Source: a virus. Taken from it: a stretch of DNA of 64,000 bases. Position numbers and translations under genes: made by a program. Shown piece after piece: positions 36,168 through 46,489 of this stretch. The stretch lies in the IMG/VR virus record IMGVR_UViG_3300044491_002068, positions 1 through 64,000 of that record; one strand, given 5' to 3'. Each line of letters opens with the position of its first letter. Position 1 is the first letter of the stretch. The notes under the pieces are model-generated. The model saw only the letters and a program-made list of their open reading frames with translations, searched no databases and was not told where the DNA came from.

Positions 36168-37135
36168 TAACCGAACATGTGCTTCCAAGTCTTAGGCCCA
36201 ACAATACCGTCAACAAACAAGTTGTTCTTAGACTGCCACGACTTCACAAACCGTTGGGTCTGCTTACCGAATCTACCATCTACAGTAATGCTCAACTTAG
36301 CCTGAACCAACTTAACATCATCGCCACGAGAACCCATATTAAGCGGCTTGCCCGGATATGGGGCAGCAGTAATAACCTTTTCAGCCGCCTTAGGCGCTTC
36401 AGGGGCTTCTTCCTTGCCGTGCTTACAATCAGCATAATGCCCATCCGACCCCGGACCCCAAATACCGTCTACGTGGAGGTCATGCTCTGCCTGCCACTTC
36501 TTCACAGCCTCTTCGGTCTTAGGGCCATAGTCGCCATCTTGAGTTGCCCCTACAATACCCTGTACTTCCTTGACCTTCTCACCCTTACTACCGACCTGTA
36601 ACCATGGGTCCTTGTCAGCGGGCTTCTTAGGTGTTTTCTTAACAGGCGCAGGGCTCACATCAGTTTCACCCAAATGCTCTTTAAAGTAATCCGCATAGTA
36701 CTGGCTATCATCGGCATACTTTTCGCTTACCTCAATGTGCACCCAATCTCCACCCGGAGCGCCAGAGAAAGCCTTCTTGTCATACACGCTCCAAGCATCT
36801 CTATCACACTTGTAACCACGGCCCCAAGGCTGTGGATAGTAGTCAAAAATTGCCTCAATCTCTAGACCGTCAGCGTGCTCAGTAAGCCAATCCATCATAC
36901 GTACAGCATCCTGATAGTTTCCTGTACCACGATAAGGAGCGCCACGCCAACTAAGGTCACCTGCCCTCCCCGTCGCATGAACGGACATGCTGGATTTCCC
37001 TCTTTTTGGCCTTACCCCAAACGTACCATTTGACCACAAGCCAAAATGGGCTTCAAGTAAATCAACTAGCATTTCAAAGCCTGCACGCTTACCGCTAGCA
37101 GTAGCGTTATAGCCAGTATAAGGACGCTGTGACAT
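36167..37135 (-). CDS. Endolysin-like protein: M15-type Zn peptidase-like domain + two peptidoglycan-binding domains
   Basis: R...SVHATGRAGD...WVHIE; two L..GS.G..V..VQ...DG.[FY]G..T...V..WQ....L.VDGI.GP repeats. Confidence 0.8.
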   Translation of the reverse strand: MSQRPYTGYNATASGKRAGFEMLVDLLEAHFGLWSNGTFGVRPKRGKSSMSVHATGRAGDLSWRGAPYRGTGNYQDAVRMMDWLTEHADGLEIEAIFDYYPQPWGRGYKCDRDAWSVYDKKAFSGAPGGDWVHIEVSEKYADDSQYYADYFKEHLGETDVSPAPVKKTPKKPADKDPWLQVGSKGEKVKEVQGIVGATQDGDYGPKTEEAVKKWQAEHDLHVDGIWGPGSDGHYADCKHGKEEAPEAPKAAEKVITAAPYPGKPLNMGSRGDDVKLVQAKLSITVDGRFGKQTQRFVKSWQSKNNLFVDGIVGPKTWKHMFG

Positions 37136-37207
37136 TTATGTCTCCTAAAAGTGAAGTTATAGAACCACTAATAGTCTACCACACTAAAGTAGACGCTCAG
37201 GAGAAGG

Positions 37208-37939
37208 TCAGCACCAACTACCACTCATGTACCACGGTTGCCATTTGCAACCATAATTCCTGTCAGCATAGTCAGAAATCCACTTGGCTTCTACAAGATT
37301 AGTATAAGGATCAAGTAAATCCTGCCTAGTTATGCCCTTTGCGGACAGCCTTTCCCCATGTGCCGCCCAGTTGATTTGAGTCAAACCATAGTCGTTGGTG
37401 TGGCTAATCACATCTGGCTGGCAACGTGATTCAGAGAAAATGATTTGCCCAAGTTTGGGTAAATCAGACTCTGACCATCCTGCTAGGCGTGCAATACTCC
37501 ACCAATCTGTACACTTATCTGAAACGGGAGTAGCGGCCCTCGTAGTGCTTCTAGGAGCCGGAACATTGTCCGATGAAAGGTTCAACTGGGCAAGTATACT
37601 AAGGTGTGCAGCACGTGTTTCGTTTCCATAATTCCCGTCCACAGTCACACTAAGAAGTTCTTGTAATGCCACAGTCTCATCTGAAGCACCCCACGAGTAC
37701 TCTGCAGTTACAACGTCTAAAATCTGATCTAGCCAGTTAACCGAAGAATCAATGTACACTGACTGTTCTGGTGGGGCAGTAGTTTCGGGGACGATTACTA
37801 AAGTTTCTACTGGCTTTGGGTCGATGCGTACCTGCTCTGGAAGGTTACTGGCCTCAATCGAATCTTTTGCGAAGCCTACTCCCACGATCAAAGTGGTGAC
37901 AACGGTCATCAAAAACAGGGGGTTTTTCTTGTAAGACAT
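37208..37939 (-). CDS. Membrane-anchored lytic transglycosylase (SLT/lysozyme-like)
   Basis: N-terminal hydrophobic anchor; ESRCQP...DYGLTQIN...LLDP..N...WQPW. Confidence 0.8.
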   Translation of the reverse strand: MSYKKNPLFLMTVVTTLIVGVGFAKDSIEASNLPEQVRIDPKPVETLVIVPETTAPPEQSVYIDSSVNWLDQILDVVTAEYSWGASDETVALQELLSVTVDGNYGNETRAAHLSILAQLNLSSDNVPAPRSTTRAATPVSDKCTDWWSIARLAGWSESDLPKLGQIIFSESRCQPDVISHTNDYGLTQINWAAHGERLSAKGITRQDLLDPYTNLVEAKWISDYADRNYGCKWQPWYMSGSWC

Positions 37940-37973
37940 GTCTTCTCCTTAAGGGTCGCTAACATGTCATTAT

Positions 37974-38001
37974 AGTCTACTACATTGGGGGAAATTGTCA
38001 A
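37974..38001 (-). promoter_or_regulatory. Sigma70-type promoter upstream of transglycosylase
   Basis: TTGACA-16-TAGACT. Confidence 0.6.
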
Positions 38002-38028
38002 CCCCTGAATATATAAAGTTTAACTAAA

Positions 38029-40977
38029 TTATTCTGTAGGTGCTTCTTCTTGACTTTCTACTGCTGTCGCTAATTCGGTGGCCTTAGCGTCGTAGATCGC
38101 TTTCTCAGCATCTGACCTTTCAGCAGGTCGTGACTGAGGAGCCGCCCAATCAGGGTTTGATTGTACATACAATTCGTGGACAAGGACTGTCAATCTTTGA
38201 ACCTCAGCAACCAGTAAAGCCACTATAGAGTCGTTACTGTAAGAAACCAGATTACCTTCAGCATCCGAAAACGTGCTCTCGGGGAGTACTTCGTGTACTT
38301 CCTCTGCGATAAAACCGTAGACGTATTCGCCTCTTGTACTGTTAAACACTTCTCCAGTATCTAGAACTTGATCTTTCTCATGGAAGATAACAGGGTTCAG
38401 GAGGTGTAGAGGTGACTCCTCGTTAAGGTAATCTAGTATTCCCCCAATTGATGTGATGTCGTCTTTCTTATCTCGTAGTGACGTAAACTTCAGCATCTCT
38501 GAAGAATTACTGTCGTAGCGTAAGGTGTTGTTGCCAGTAGTCGTAAGCAGGTTTGGAACAAAAAACCTACTCAATATATCCATGCTACCAGAATAGCCAG
38601 CAATACTGGCACCGCTGTACCTCCCAAACTGTAAAACACAGCGATCATTATTAGTGTTACCATAGAACGCAATTGTGTTGGCAGCGTCAGTATCACCAAT
38701 CCAAGCATCGTCTCCAACCAGAAGTCCGGGGTCACCGCCAGTCCTAGCAGTTTGAATGTATCCATTCACTAATAAGTTCCCAGTAACAGTCCCACCAGAT
38801 AGCGGCAAATACGAATGAGAGTGACTACTAGCCGCATACACACCGTCAGTTACCTGTGACCTGAAGGTTGCTGGCGTCACGTATCGAACGTAGTCATCGT
38901 TAGACGCATAAATGCGGCTGATCGTAGAAGTAGTGGCTCCAGAAGGCGTATTGATCCATCCCGCTTGGATATACCCGTCGCCGTCAGTACGGACAACCTT
39001 GTTTGCTTCGTTGTTGCGTCCTGTATGGAGTTGTAGACCATCCAACAAATCAGCGTCAAGCCCTGACCCGGAGCCGTCATTACCAGCGTGCCAAACTCGG
39101 TAATACGTCCCCCCCATCGACCAGCCACCAACCGCAAAATCGTTGATATCACCCTTCAAGCCGAAATAAGCGGCAAAGTCGCCAGCCACATGGAACTGCA
39201 TAAACGCATCACGGCCAGCGTTGTCCTGAAACACCTCCAACGTCGCCTGATCGCCAGAAGCGGACTCAAGCACATCAGCCGACCTAAAAGAGAACTGACC
39301 AGAAGTCCAATCTGTACTCGTGTTGTTTGACAAATAAGGATGTGTATGGCTGTCGTTCGCTACTGAAACAGACAGTGTGGCCGATCCTAGATTTGTTAAC
39401 GTAACTGACCCTGAAGCATCGCCACTCAAAGTGATCGTCGGAGACGTATCCACCGCAGCATACAGCGCATCCCCACGGGCCTCAGTCAAATACTGAGGAT
39501 GATCGTCATCACCCAAACCAGTCAAATTACCGTGGTCAACAACAGCAGCAGCAGTACTCGCAGCAGACGACAACGCCCTACGGTAATCATCAACCTCAAC
39601 AAAATAAGCGCCCGGAGTGTTCGACCCAGCAGCACGATAAATAACCTTATACAACACCCGCAACTCAACCACAGGCAAATCATCAAGATTCATCGAATCC
39701 CAAGTCACCGCCTCAGCATCACCCAAATTAGTATAAAAGTCTTGACCCATAATCGCAATCACAGGATAATTCAACTGATTAGTTGCCACAATCCAACTAA
39801 TACCATAATTGTTTGAAGTAATCTCAGGAGTGCTCCACGTGCCACCAGAATTCAAGTTATAAGTCGGGAGAGGAGTGCCACCATACTTCAAAGGGAAGTT
39901 AGTCGGAGCGTCATAAGTCCACCCAGTCGTACCACTATGGTAAAACACTGGAATCTGCGCAGGCCCCTGCAAATCCTGCTCCCAAGTATTCGCCGTGGGA
40001 GTATTAGAATGAACAATATCTACCTGCAAGTCCTCATCAAAAAACGTACCATCAGCAATATCAATGTACGCCTGATCGTCAGTACTACCATCCTTCGTAG
40101 ACACATCAAAATTAGACGCATCAAACCCACTAGCAATAGCCGCCCCACGAGTACGATGTAAATACTCATGAGTCTGCCAATCCAAAACAATACCATGCCG
40201 CTCATCAAACAACATGTACTTAGAAGGCGCACCAGAGTTGTAATGAATATAGGCAGTAGGAGTTTCCGAATCCCACTGGAAATACGTCGTAGTAGCCTGC
40301 AACACCCCGTCAGCATCAAACGAAATGTAGTATAAATCAGAAGACGAACCTATAGTAACAGTCTCAGAAGAAGTCTTAACAAACTTCTTACCCTTACACC
40401 ACACCTCATAACTAGCACCCACAGGAGCAATAGTAAAAACTCTCGTGGAGTAATCAAACGAAATTACGCTGTCCGCTTTGTTCGCATGGCCGATAGGCTC
40501 ACCGCCACCGTCGCCATTAGAGACAACAACGACATCAGACATAGAGACCAGTTTAGGTTCCCCACTATCACTATTGTCACTGATCACAATCTTATCATCG
40601 TATGATAACTCAACAGTAGTCAACTCGCTAGGCTCAAAATCAACAGTAACCGAGCCAGTGTCTCCACCACCACTCAAGCCTAAACCAGCAATAACCTCAG
40701 TGATGTCAGCCTCAGATGGGTCTCCCGTAGTGTCTGAAGCGCCAACAACAACAATAGGAAGACCAGAATTACCCTCAATGAAAGTGGCCCAAACCCAATC
40801 ACCAACATCAGGAGTCAGCCCAGTAAACGGAACATCCTCATAAATGTTTTCCCCACCCAAACGTGGAATCTTAACCGACAGTAAGTTATCGTTTACAGCA
40901 ACAACAGAAGCACGAAAAAATCCAGACGGATTAACGCCAGACGTAAACGTATTATTTCTAGAAACTCTACGTGTCAT
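38029..40977 (-). CDS. Baseplate spike (OB-fold N-terminus) fused to fibre modules and C-terminal S74-like intramolecular chaperone
   Basis: VKIPRL...PDVGDWVWATFIEGN...PIVV; fibre modules (HGNLTGLGDDDHPQY, GSGSGLDADLLDG); TSLRDKKDDI...YGFIAEEV.EV.PE...LVAEVQRL. Confidence 0.75.
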   Translation of the reverse strand: MTRRVSRNNTFTSGVNPSGFFRASVVAVNDNLLSVKIPRLGGENIYEDVPFTGLTPDVGDWVWATFIEGNSGLPIVVVGASDTTGDPSEADITEVIAGLGLSGGGDTGSVTVDFEPSELTTVELSYDDKIVISDNSDSGEPKLVSMSDVVVVSNGDGGGEPIGHANKADSVISFDYSTRVFTIAPVGASYEVWCKGKKFVKTSSETVTIGSSSDLYYISFDADGVLQATTTYFQWDSETPTAYIHYNSGAPSKYMLFDERHGIVLDWQTHEYLHRTRGAAIASGFDASNFDVSTKDGSTDDQAYIDIADGTFFDEDLQVDIVHSNTPTANTWEQDLQGPAQIPVFYHSGTTGWTYDAPTNFPLKYGGTPLPTYNLNSGGTWSTPEITSNNYGISWIVATNQLNYPVIAIMGQDFYTNLGDAEAVTWDSMNLDDLPVVELRVLYKVIYRAAGSNTPGAYFVEVDDYRRALSSAASTAAAVVDHGNLTGLGDDDHPQYLTEARGDALYAAVDTSPTITLSGDASGSVTLTNLGSATLSVSVANDSHTHPYLSNNTSTDWTSGQFSFRSADVLESASGDQATLEVFQDNAGRDAFMQFHVAGDFAAYFGLKGDINDFAVGGWSMGGTYYRVWHAGNDGSGSGLDADLLDGLQLHTGRNNEANKVVRTDGDGYIQAGWINTPSGATTSTISRIYASNDDYVRYVTPATFRSQVTDGVYAASSHSHSYLPLSGGTVTGNLLVNGYIQTARTGGDPGLLVGDDAWIGDTDAANTIAFYGNTNNDRCVLQFGRYSGASIAGYSGSMDILSRFFVPNLLTTTGNNTLRYDSNSSEMLKFTSLRDKKDDITSIGGILDYLNEESPLHLLNPVIFHEKDQVLDTGEVFNSTRGEYVYGFIAEEVHEVLPESTFSDAEGNLVSYSNDSIVALLVAEVQRLTVLVHELYVQSNPDWAAPQSRPAERSDAEKAIYDAKATELATAVESQEEAPTE

Positions 40978-40979
40978 AT

Positions 40980-42023
40980 CTATAACTCCAAAATCGCATT
41001 CCAGTCATCTGAATCTATTATACCATCAACGGGAAGACCGTACTTGGTCTGGAACTGACGAACAGCCCTTTGCGTTATAGGGCCCCACCAACCGTCAACC
41101 TTTGTACCAACAGCCTGCTGAATTCTCTTAACACATTCGCCACGAGCCCCCTGAGAGAACGACTGCAATGAGCAAGTCATATCTTCTGGATCAGTAACGT
41201 CGGTACCTGAAACAGACACTAACGCAGATGGGCCTGCAACGAAACCAACTTTGTCAACCATGAAAGTTCCTGTAAAGTTAGACAACCCAAGAATTTTAAA
41301 AGAAGCCCCCGGATATATTGTTAGCGAAGAATCGTTCTGTATTAACTGCATTTGAGCAGTCACCGCACTTTTGCCGTCAGTAGTTCTCCTCGTGCTTAAG
41401 TTGGTAACATAAAATGGATCAGTGTTATTTGAAGGAATTGTGACTTCGAAACTATCTTGGTTTTTAACAATAAAATCCTGCGAAGCAAAATACAGTGTAC
41501 CATTGGCTTCAAAAAATCTGAAGTCTAAATCTTTAGCCAACCGCTGTAAAACGTCGAAAGTTGACTCGTCTTTGTTGTCTGTGCTTTCCCGCACAATTGC
41601 GCCGTTGGCCGGAGAATCTTCAGCAAAAATTCTTAAACCAAACTTTGCTGCCATGTTAGCGGCAAACACGGACGGTGAGATGTTACCAAAATTGTATTGG
41701 CCCTTATCTCTACGCATCCTTTGTGTGGCCTGCAATCTAGCAGTAACTTCACATGTGTCACTAGTGGCATGGCGCACCGCTATTGCGGCTATCTCAAATT
41801 TTAAGTCTTCACTCAAAAAGGTTACAGTGCGACCAACCATGAAATAGTTATTGTTGTGCATGTAGAAGTAAGGGTCGGCCACAGTGAAACGGATTTCACT
41901 AACAAGATCAGCAGACAAATCGTAAGAAAAATTTGTTATAGAGTTACGTATTTCAACGTTTTTCTCTCCAACCTCACCAACCGTCACACTATTTAAAATA
42001 TTTCTGATAGCATTAGAACTCAT
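40980..42023 (-). CDS. Baseplate hub protein (gpD/gp27-like) with C-terminal peptidoglycan-binding domain
   Basis: ESTFDVLQRLAKDLDFRFFEANGTLYF; C-terminal GECVKRIQ...VDG.WGP.T..AVRQFQ..YGL.VDG. Confidence 0.8.
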   Translation of the reverse strand: MSSNAIRNILNSVTVGEVGEKNVEIRNSITNFSYDLSADLVSEIRFTVADPYFYMHNNNYFMVGRTVTFLSEDLKFEIAAIAVRHATSDTCEVTARLQATQRMRRDKGQYNFGNISPSVFAANMAAKFGLRIFAEDSPANGAIVRESTDNKDESTFDVLQRLAKDLDFRFFEANGTLYFASQDFIVKNQDSFEVTIPSNNTDPFYVTNLSTRRTTDGKSAVTAQMQLIQNDSSLTIYPGASFKILGLSNFTGTFMVDKVGFVAGPSALVSVSGTDVTDPEDMTCSLQSFSQGARGECVKRIQQAVGTKVDGWWGPITQRAVRQFQTKYGLPVDGIIDSDDWNAILEL

Positions 42024-42766
42024 TATAAACCGTAACCCATTACTTGTTGAGCAGCCCGTGCTGCCTCACTATCTGGCATACCTGCCGCAAGATACCCTTC
42101 ATACAACTGCTCATATCTAGACGCTGCCGTATTAGCGCTGGCTGTTAAACCATCATAAGCAGGGTTGTCATCATCAATGGGGGCAACCACATTGGGCTGC
42201 GTGGAAATAGTAGGCTGACGATACACTGCTTCAAGCAGGTACAAATCCTGCCTCGCAGATGAACTCTCAGTCAATTGAATACTTACCTGCGCCCGAACAG
42301 GGAACCCTTCAGCATCACGATACTTTACAGTATACGAAAACTGACTCATAACACACGTATAGTTGAGTTTATGCGTGCCATACGAAAACACACACTCCCA
42401 ACCAAGATCAGCAATCTCCTCCAAACTATCTAAGTAGTCCGTAATCGGTGTAACACCACCAGACGGCTTGTCCGCCAAAACAGCCTGAAAAGAAACAGTC
42501 CGTAACTGCTGGCCCTCAAGAATAAGCAAAGGCTTGTTGTACGGGCGAGAAGTCTGAGTAAACCTACTAGCATAATTGTCAAACTGCATATCACTAGGAC
42601 CAAACGGGAACTCAACGGTAATCTGACGATTCTCGTATGAAGTGCCATTCCAATACTGTCCAGATGCATCAATTTTTGCACGCTTAGGATTAGCAGACCT
42701 GAAATTTCTTTCCAAAGTCTGATTAGTAAACGCAGATTTAAACTGTGTCTTTACGGCACCGGCCAT
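42023..42766 (-). CDS. Tail tube initiator / baseplate protein
   Basis: Directly after tape measure; FPFGP, RP..KPLL, G.PVRA.V.I.LTE motifs. Confidence 0.7.
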   Translation of the reverse strand: MAGAVKTQFKSAFTNQTLERNFRSANPKRAKIDASGQYWNGTSYENRQITVEFPFGPSDMQFDNYASRFTQTSRPYNKPLLILEGQQLRTVSFQAVLADKPSGGVTPITDYLDSLEEIADLGWECVFSYGTHKLNYTCVMSQFSYTVKYRDAEGFPVRAQVSIQLTESSSARQDLYLLEAVYRQPTISTQPNVVAPIDDDNPAYDGLTASANTAASRYEQLYEGYLAAGMPDSEAARAAQQVMGYGL

Positions 42767-42788
42767 GACAACAACTCCTTATTGAAAA

Positions 42789-45700
42789 TTATTCTTCACT
42801 CTTTGGGTCAATAGTAATCTGATAAATAACCCCACCACGTTCTTCCGTGGTTTGGCCATTAACGCTAATCATGGGCTTAGCAAGATTGTCGCTAATAGTT
42901 TGCAGAAGCATTGTCTGCGCTCCCATGTCGTCACCACTGGCTGTCAAGTAGTCAATCATGATTCGTTTAGATTCATCCTCGCCTACAGCAGCAACCAGAC
43001 TTCTCTGGAACTCTTCGGCGCTAGCAGGATTAGCAAGGCTACGTTGCGTCGCCATGTATCCGCCGATACCCCGCCGAATCTTTCCATCAGCAAACTTGTC
43101 TTTATACACCTCGCTTGCTCTACCGCCAGCGTACGCTCTGAAATCTTCAAAACCTGCACCAGAGATGTCTACCCCACCCTGAGCCAAAGCACCAAAGTCC
43201 CCAGAGACAATACCAGTGCGCAAACTCTCTCGCTGGAAAGACGTACGATTAATCAAATTAGACACAGCATCAATATTTCCACTACCGTACGCTTCCCTAA
43301 GGTCTCCAACAGAAATACCGTACGCTTCCGACATGCGCTTAAACAATCCAGTTTCCATATCGCTAATACCGAACTGTTGCATGAATTTATCAGCGTCACC
43401 AAACGCACCGGCCTGTGCCTGCTGGCGCAACTCCAACACACCGCTCAGACCGGCAATATCAGCATCAGCCCCAAACGCCATCTCTGCCGCAGCAAACCTG
43501 TCAACAAAATCAGAAGCAAGACTAACATCATACGTTCCGCCCCTAGTGGACTCCGCCAATGCATTTAAAGCGGCATCGCTGCTAGCCATCTTGTTGGCCC
43601 TGCCAGCAATAGTATTCGCAAAATCGGGTAAAAACGTTTGAGTTCTATCAATCTCTGGAGCAAAGAAAATTTCGGCCAAACCGGCTAAACCTTCTAGACC
43701 CAAGTTTTTCTGCAGGTCAATCCCTAGAGCAGTAGTGAACTGTTGAATTTGTTGTTCAGACAACCCTAATTCATTAGTCAAAAGTGCAGTATTAGTGTTT
43801 AAACGGTTAATAGCGTTATCAATCGCCAAAATTGCGGTTTCGGCCTCCGACAAATATTCAGGTAAACGACTAAACACTTCGTCAGCATCAAACTTTTCAC
43901 CAAGAATGCCCAACTCTTGGAACATGTCGGTCATCTTTGTGAACTCTTCGCTATCTTTACCTACAGTCTCCGCCAATACTACGTCTAGGGGTATTCGTCT
44001 CCTAGCGCTTTGGCGCCTAGCCTCAGCAGCAGTAAATTTACTGGCCTTGCCAGCGGAAATAGCGTCACCCACAGCAACATACTGCTCTACTAAACTAGCA
44101 CGAGTAGACATTTTCTCATCACTGCTCATACCCAAAACATCTAAATTAGCAAGAGTATCCAACTGCTTATCCATCGCCTCTTCGGTGGCTTTACGAATCT
44201 TTTCTTTACCCTTACGTCCAGCAAACCACGTGGCGACACCGCCTACAACGGCACCCACCGCAGCACCTACCGCAGTACCGACAACAGGAATTACCGAGCC
44301 AATAGCGGCCCCAGTCAAAGCGCCACCACCAATGCCCGCCGCCATACTGCCAACGCCACCACCATTATCGTAGGCGCTTTTAATGCCCATACCCATAATA
44401 GCCGCCCCCGCAATCCCCATTCCGGCAACTGCCGTGCCGGTTCCAGCGGCAGCAAAACCCGGACCAATCCTTGTTTTTCCGAGCAAATTCTTACTCAACT
44501 GACTACCGACACCGCCACGCATACTTTGCCGCATAAAGCCTGCGCCTGTTTTAATCCCTCCACCAACTTTAGATAACATGCCGCCTGCACCTTTGAAGCC
44601 AAGCGCTTTTACGGCACCAAAACCACCAAGAAGCATCATGCCAGTAACCACATCTGGAATGATACCAACTAGCGCAGCAATTGCCTTAGCCAACACCTCA
44701 ACAACAGGAGCCAGCGTGCTAATTGCGTCAGCAAGACCAGAAATAATGTCCGGTACTTTTTCAAACAAAGGCATCATTGCTGACAAAACTTTACCTAAAG
44801 CCGGAACAAGTTCAGAAGCGACACGATTCAAAGCATCAATAATAGTAGGTAACTTCGCAAAGAAGCCTCCCTGACCAGCACTACCCAAATCCAACAAAGC
44901 GCCAACAACATTACCGATAGCCGCACCAAACTCTTTAAAGTTCTCTGCATTCCCCTCAATAAGACCAGAAAACTCTCTAAAAAGACCACGCCCGCCAGCC
45001 GTACCGGCCATCGCCTTAAACATGTCAATAACAACATCCGCAGCAGGCTCAAACTGGCGTAAAAAGTTTCCAACATTATAGAAAAAATGACTAATCGCTT
45101 TGAAGAAGCCGACAAACTTCTCGGCAGTATTTTCTATCGTATCTAAATGTCCAATAATATTACTACGGACAAACTCACTGACCGTATCGACAATAGTTAC
45201 AAGCGTGGGAGCAAACGACTCGGAGCCAAAACGCTGAACCACAGCCGTCAGGCTGAGAATATCCTCACGAAGAATCTTAGAAATCTGCAAGAAAGCATTA
45301 CGGAAAGGTCCAAGAAGCGGCTCACCAACATCGGCAAAAATGCCTTTAATCCCAGCAAACTCAGTCTTAATAGTGCCAACAAACGTTTGTGCAATCGCCT
45401 CACCGGCACCTTGGAAAGCGTCCGCAGTAGCACCGCCACCAGAAACAGCAGACACAAGACCACTCATGGTACTAATGCCAGTAAGAGAATCCTTTTTGAA
45501 ACCGACAGCGCCCTGAGTGGCCTGAATCGCTTTCTTTACATCACCGCCAGCAAACGCCGCCGCTAAAGACTGCGCCGCTTTAGCATCCCCACCAGTTATA
45601 TTGTACAACTGGCTAACAAGCGAATTGGCTTGAGAACCACGTACACCTGCACGGGCAAGCGAACCAGTGATAGCAGTAGTTGCTTCACCACCAAGCAAGC

Positions 45701-46214
45701 CCGTCATGCGAGAGCCAATACCACGACTTAAAGCAATAGCGCTTTTCTTCCCAGCCGCACCACCACCAAGAAGCGGAGCCAACTGGGCCTCCTGAAACTC
45801 ACGCATAGCAGCCGCAGCCACAGCCAGACCAGTAGCAACGGCGGCAGCAGCAATAGACAACCCCTTAAGTGCTATCTGATACGATTTAACAGCAACACGG
45901 CCAGTAACCAACGCAGCCTTAGCCGCTAACAAACCGGCAGTAAACAAACCGATCTGGCCAGCAAGCGCAATAAACGAAAACTTTCCTAAAGTCTTTAGGA
46001 ACTTTCCGAACGTGGAGCCGAACTTCATGAGCGCTTTATTCACACGATCAAAACTCTTCTCGGTGCGCCTATTGTTTCTATCTAAGTCACGAGACTCACG
46101 GTTGAACGAACGGGTACGATCCTCTAAAGATTTAATACGGCGCTCAATGCCAGCCAAATCGCCGCCAATATCGGCGTCGATTTCAACCTTAATTACAACT
46201 CTTTCTTCAGTCAT
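42789..46214 (-). CDS. Tail tape measure protein
   Basis: 1141 aa, Ala/Gly-rich helical, hydrophobic GAAIGSVIPVVGTAVGAAVG segment; follows the chaperone genes. Confidence 0.9.
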   Translation of the reverse strand: MTEERVVIKVEIDADIGGDLAGIERRIKSLEDRTRSFNRESRDLDRNNRRTEKSFDRVNKALMKFGSTFGKFLKTLGKFSFIALAGQIGLFTAGLLAAKAALVTGRVAVKSYQIALKGLSIAAAAVATGLAVAAAAMREFQEAQLAPLLGGGAAGKKSAIALSRGIGSRMTGLLGGEATTAITGSLARAGVRGSQANSLVSQLYNITGGDAKAAQSLAAAFAGGDVKKAIQATQGAVGFKKDSLTGISTMSGLVSAVSGGGATADAFQGAGEAIAQTFVGTIKTEFAGIKGIFADVGEPLLGPFRNAFLQISKILREDILSLTAVVQRFGSESFAPTLVTIVDTVSEFVRSNIIGHLDTIENTAEKFVGFFKAISHFFYNVGNFLRQFEPAADVVIDMFKAMAGTAGGRGLFREFSGLIEGNAENFKEFGAAIGNVVGALLDLGSAGQGGFFAKLPTIIDALNRVASELVPALGKVLSAMMPLFEKVPDIISGLADAISTLAPVVEVLAKAIAALVGIIPDVVTGMMLLGGFGAVKALGFKGAGGMLSKVGGGIKTGAGFMRQSMRGGVGSQLSKNLLGKTRIGPGFAAAGTGTAVAGMGIAGAAIMGMGIKSAYDNGGGVGSMAAGIGGGALTGAAIGSVIPVVGTAVGAAVGAVVGGVATWFAGRKGKEKIRKATEEAMDKQLDTLANLDVLGMSSDEKMSTRASLVEQYVAVGDAISAGKASKFTAAEARRQSARRRIPLDVVLAETVGKDSEEFTKMTDMFQELGILGEKFDADEVFSRLPEYLSEAETAILAIDNAINRLNTNTALLTNELGLSEQQIQQFTTALGIDLQKNLGLEGLAGLAEIFFAPEIDRTQTFLPDFANTIAGRANKMASSDAALNALAESTRGGTYDVSLASDFVDRFAAAEMAFGADADIAGLSGVLELRQQAQAGAFGDADKFMQQFGISDMETGLFKRMSEAYGISVGDLREAYGSGNIDAVSNLINRTSFQRESLRTGIVSGDFGALAQGGVDISGAGFEDFRAYAGGRASEVYKDKFADGKIRRGIGGYMATQRSLANPASAEEFQRSLVAAVGEDESKRIMIDYLTASGDDMGAQTMLLQTISDNLAKPMISVNGQTTEERGGVIYQITIDPKSEE

Positions 46215-46232
46215 AAACGCCCCTAAGCACAG

Positions 46233-46279
46233 AAAAACCGGGAATCCCTATAGAGTTATTCTATAGAAATTCCCGGCTC
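46233..46279 (-). terminator. Long hairpin + U tract between tail chaperone and tape measure
   Basis: CCGGGAATTTCTATAGA-ATAAC-TCTATAGGGATTCCCGG-TTTTT. Confidence 0.55.
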
Positions 46280-46489
46280 TCAGTAACCACCTCGTGAACC
46301 TCTTCGTTGTCTTTCTCGCTCAGCATGATCAGTAGCAAGCGCTTTAGCCGCCGCTAATCGGATGAGCCACTCATCATAATCGCAGTTCAAGATGTCTAAA
46401 GGATCGACATGGAATGTTTCGGCAAGCCTTGCTGCTGAACGTATCCTAACGTCTTGGGCTAGTTCATCAACTAGCCCTTCGTAGGGTCC
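46280..46489 (-). CDS. Tail assembly chaperone gpT-like extension, likely reached by -1 frameshift
   Basis: Open -1 frame overlapping the gpG-like end: PYEGLVDELAQDVRIRSAARLAETFHVDPLDILNCDYDEWLIRLAAAKAL...GGY*; no start codon near its 5' end. Confidence 0.7.
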   Translation of the reverse strand, partial: GPYEGLVDELAQDVRIRSAARLAETFHVDPLDILNCDYDEWLIRLAAAKALATDHAERERQRRGSRGGY

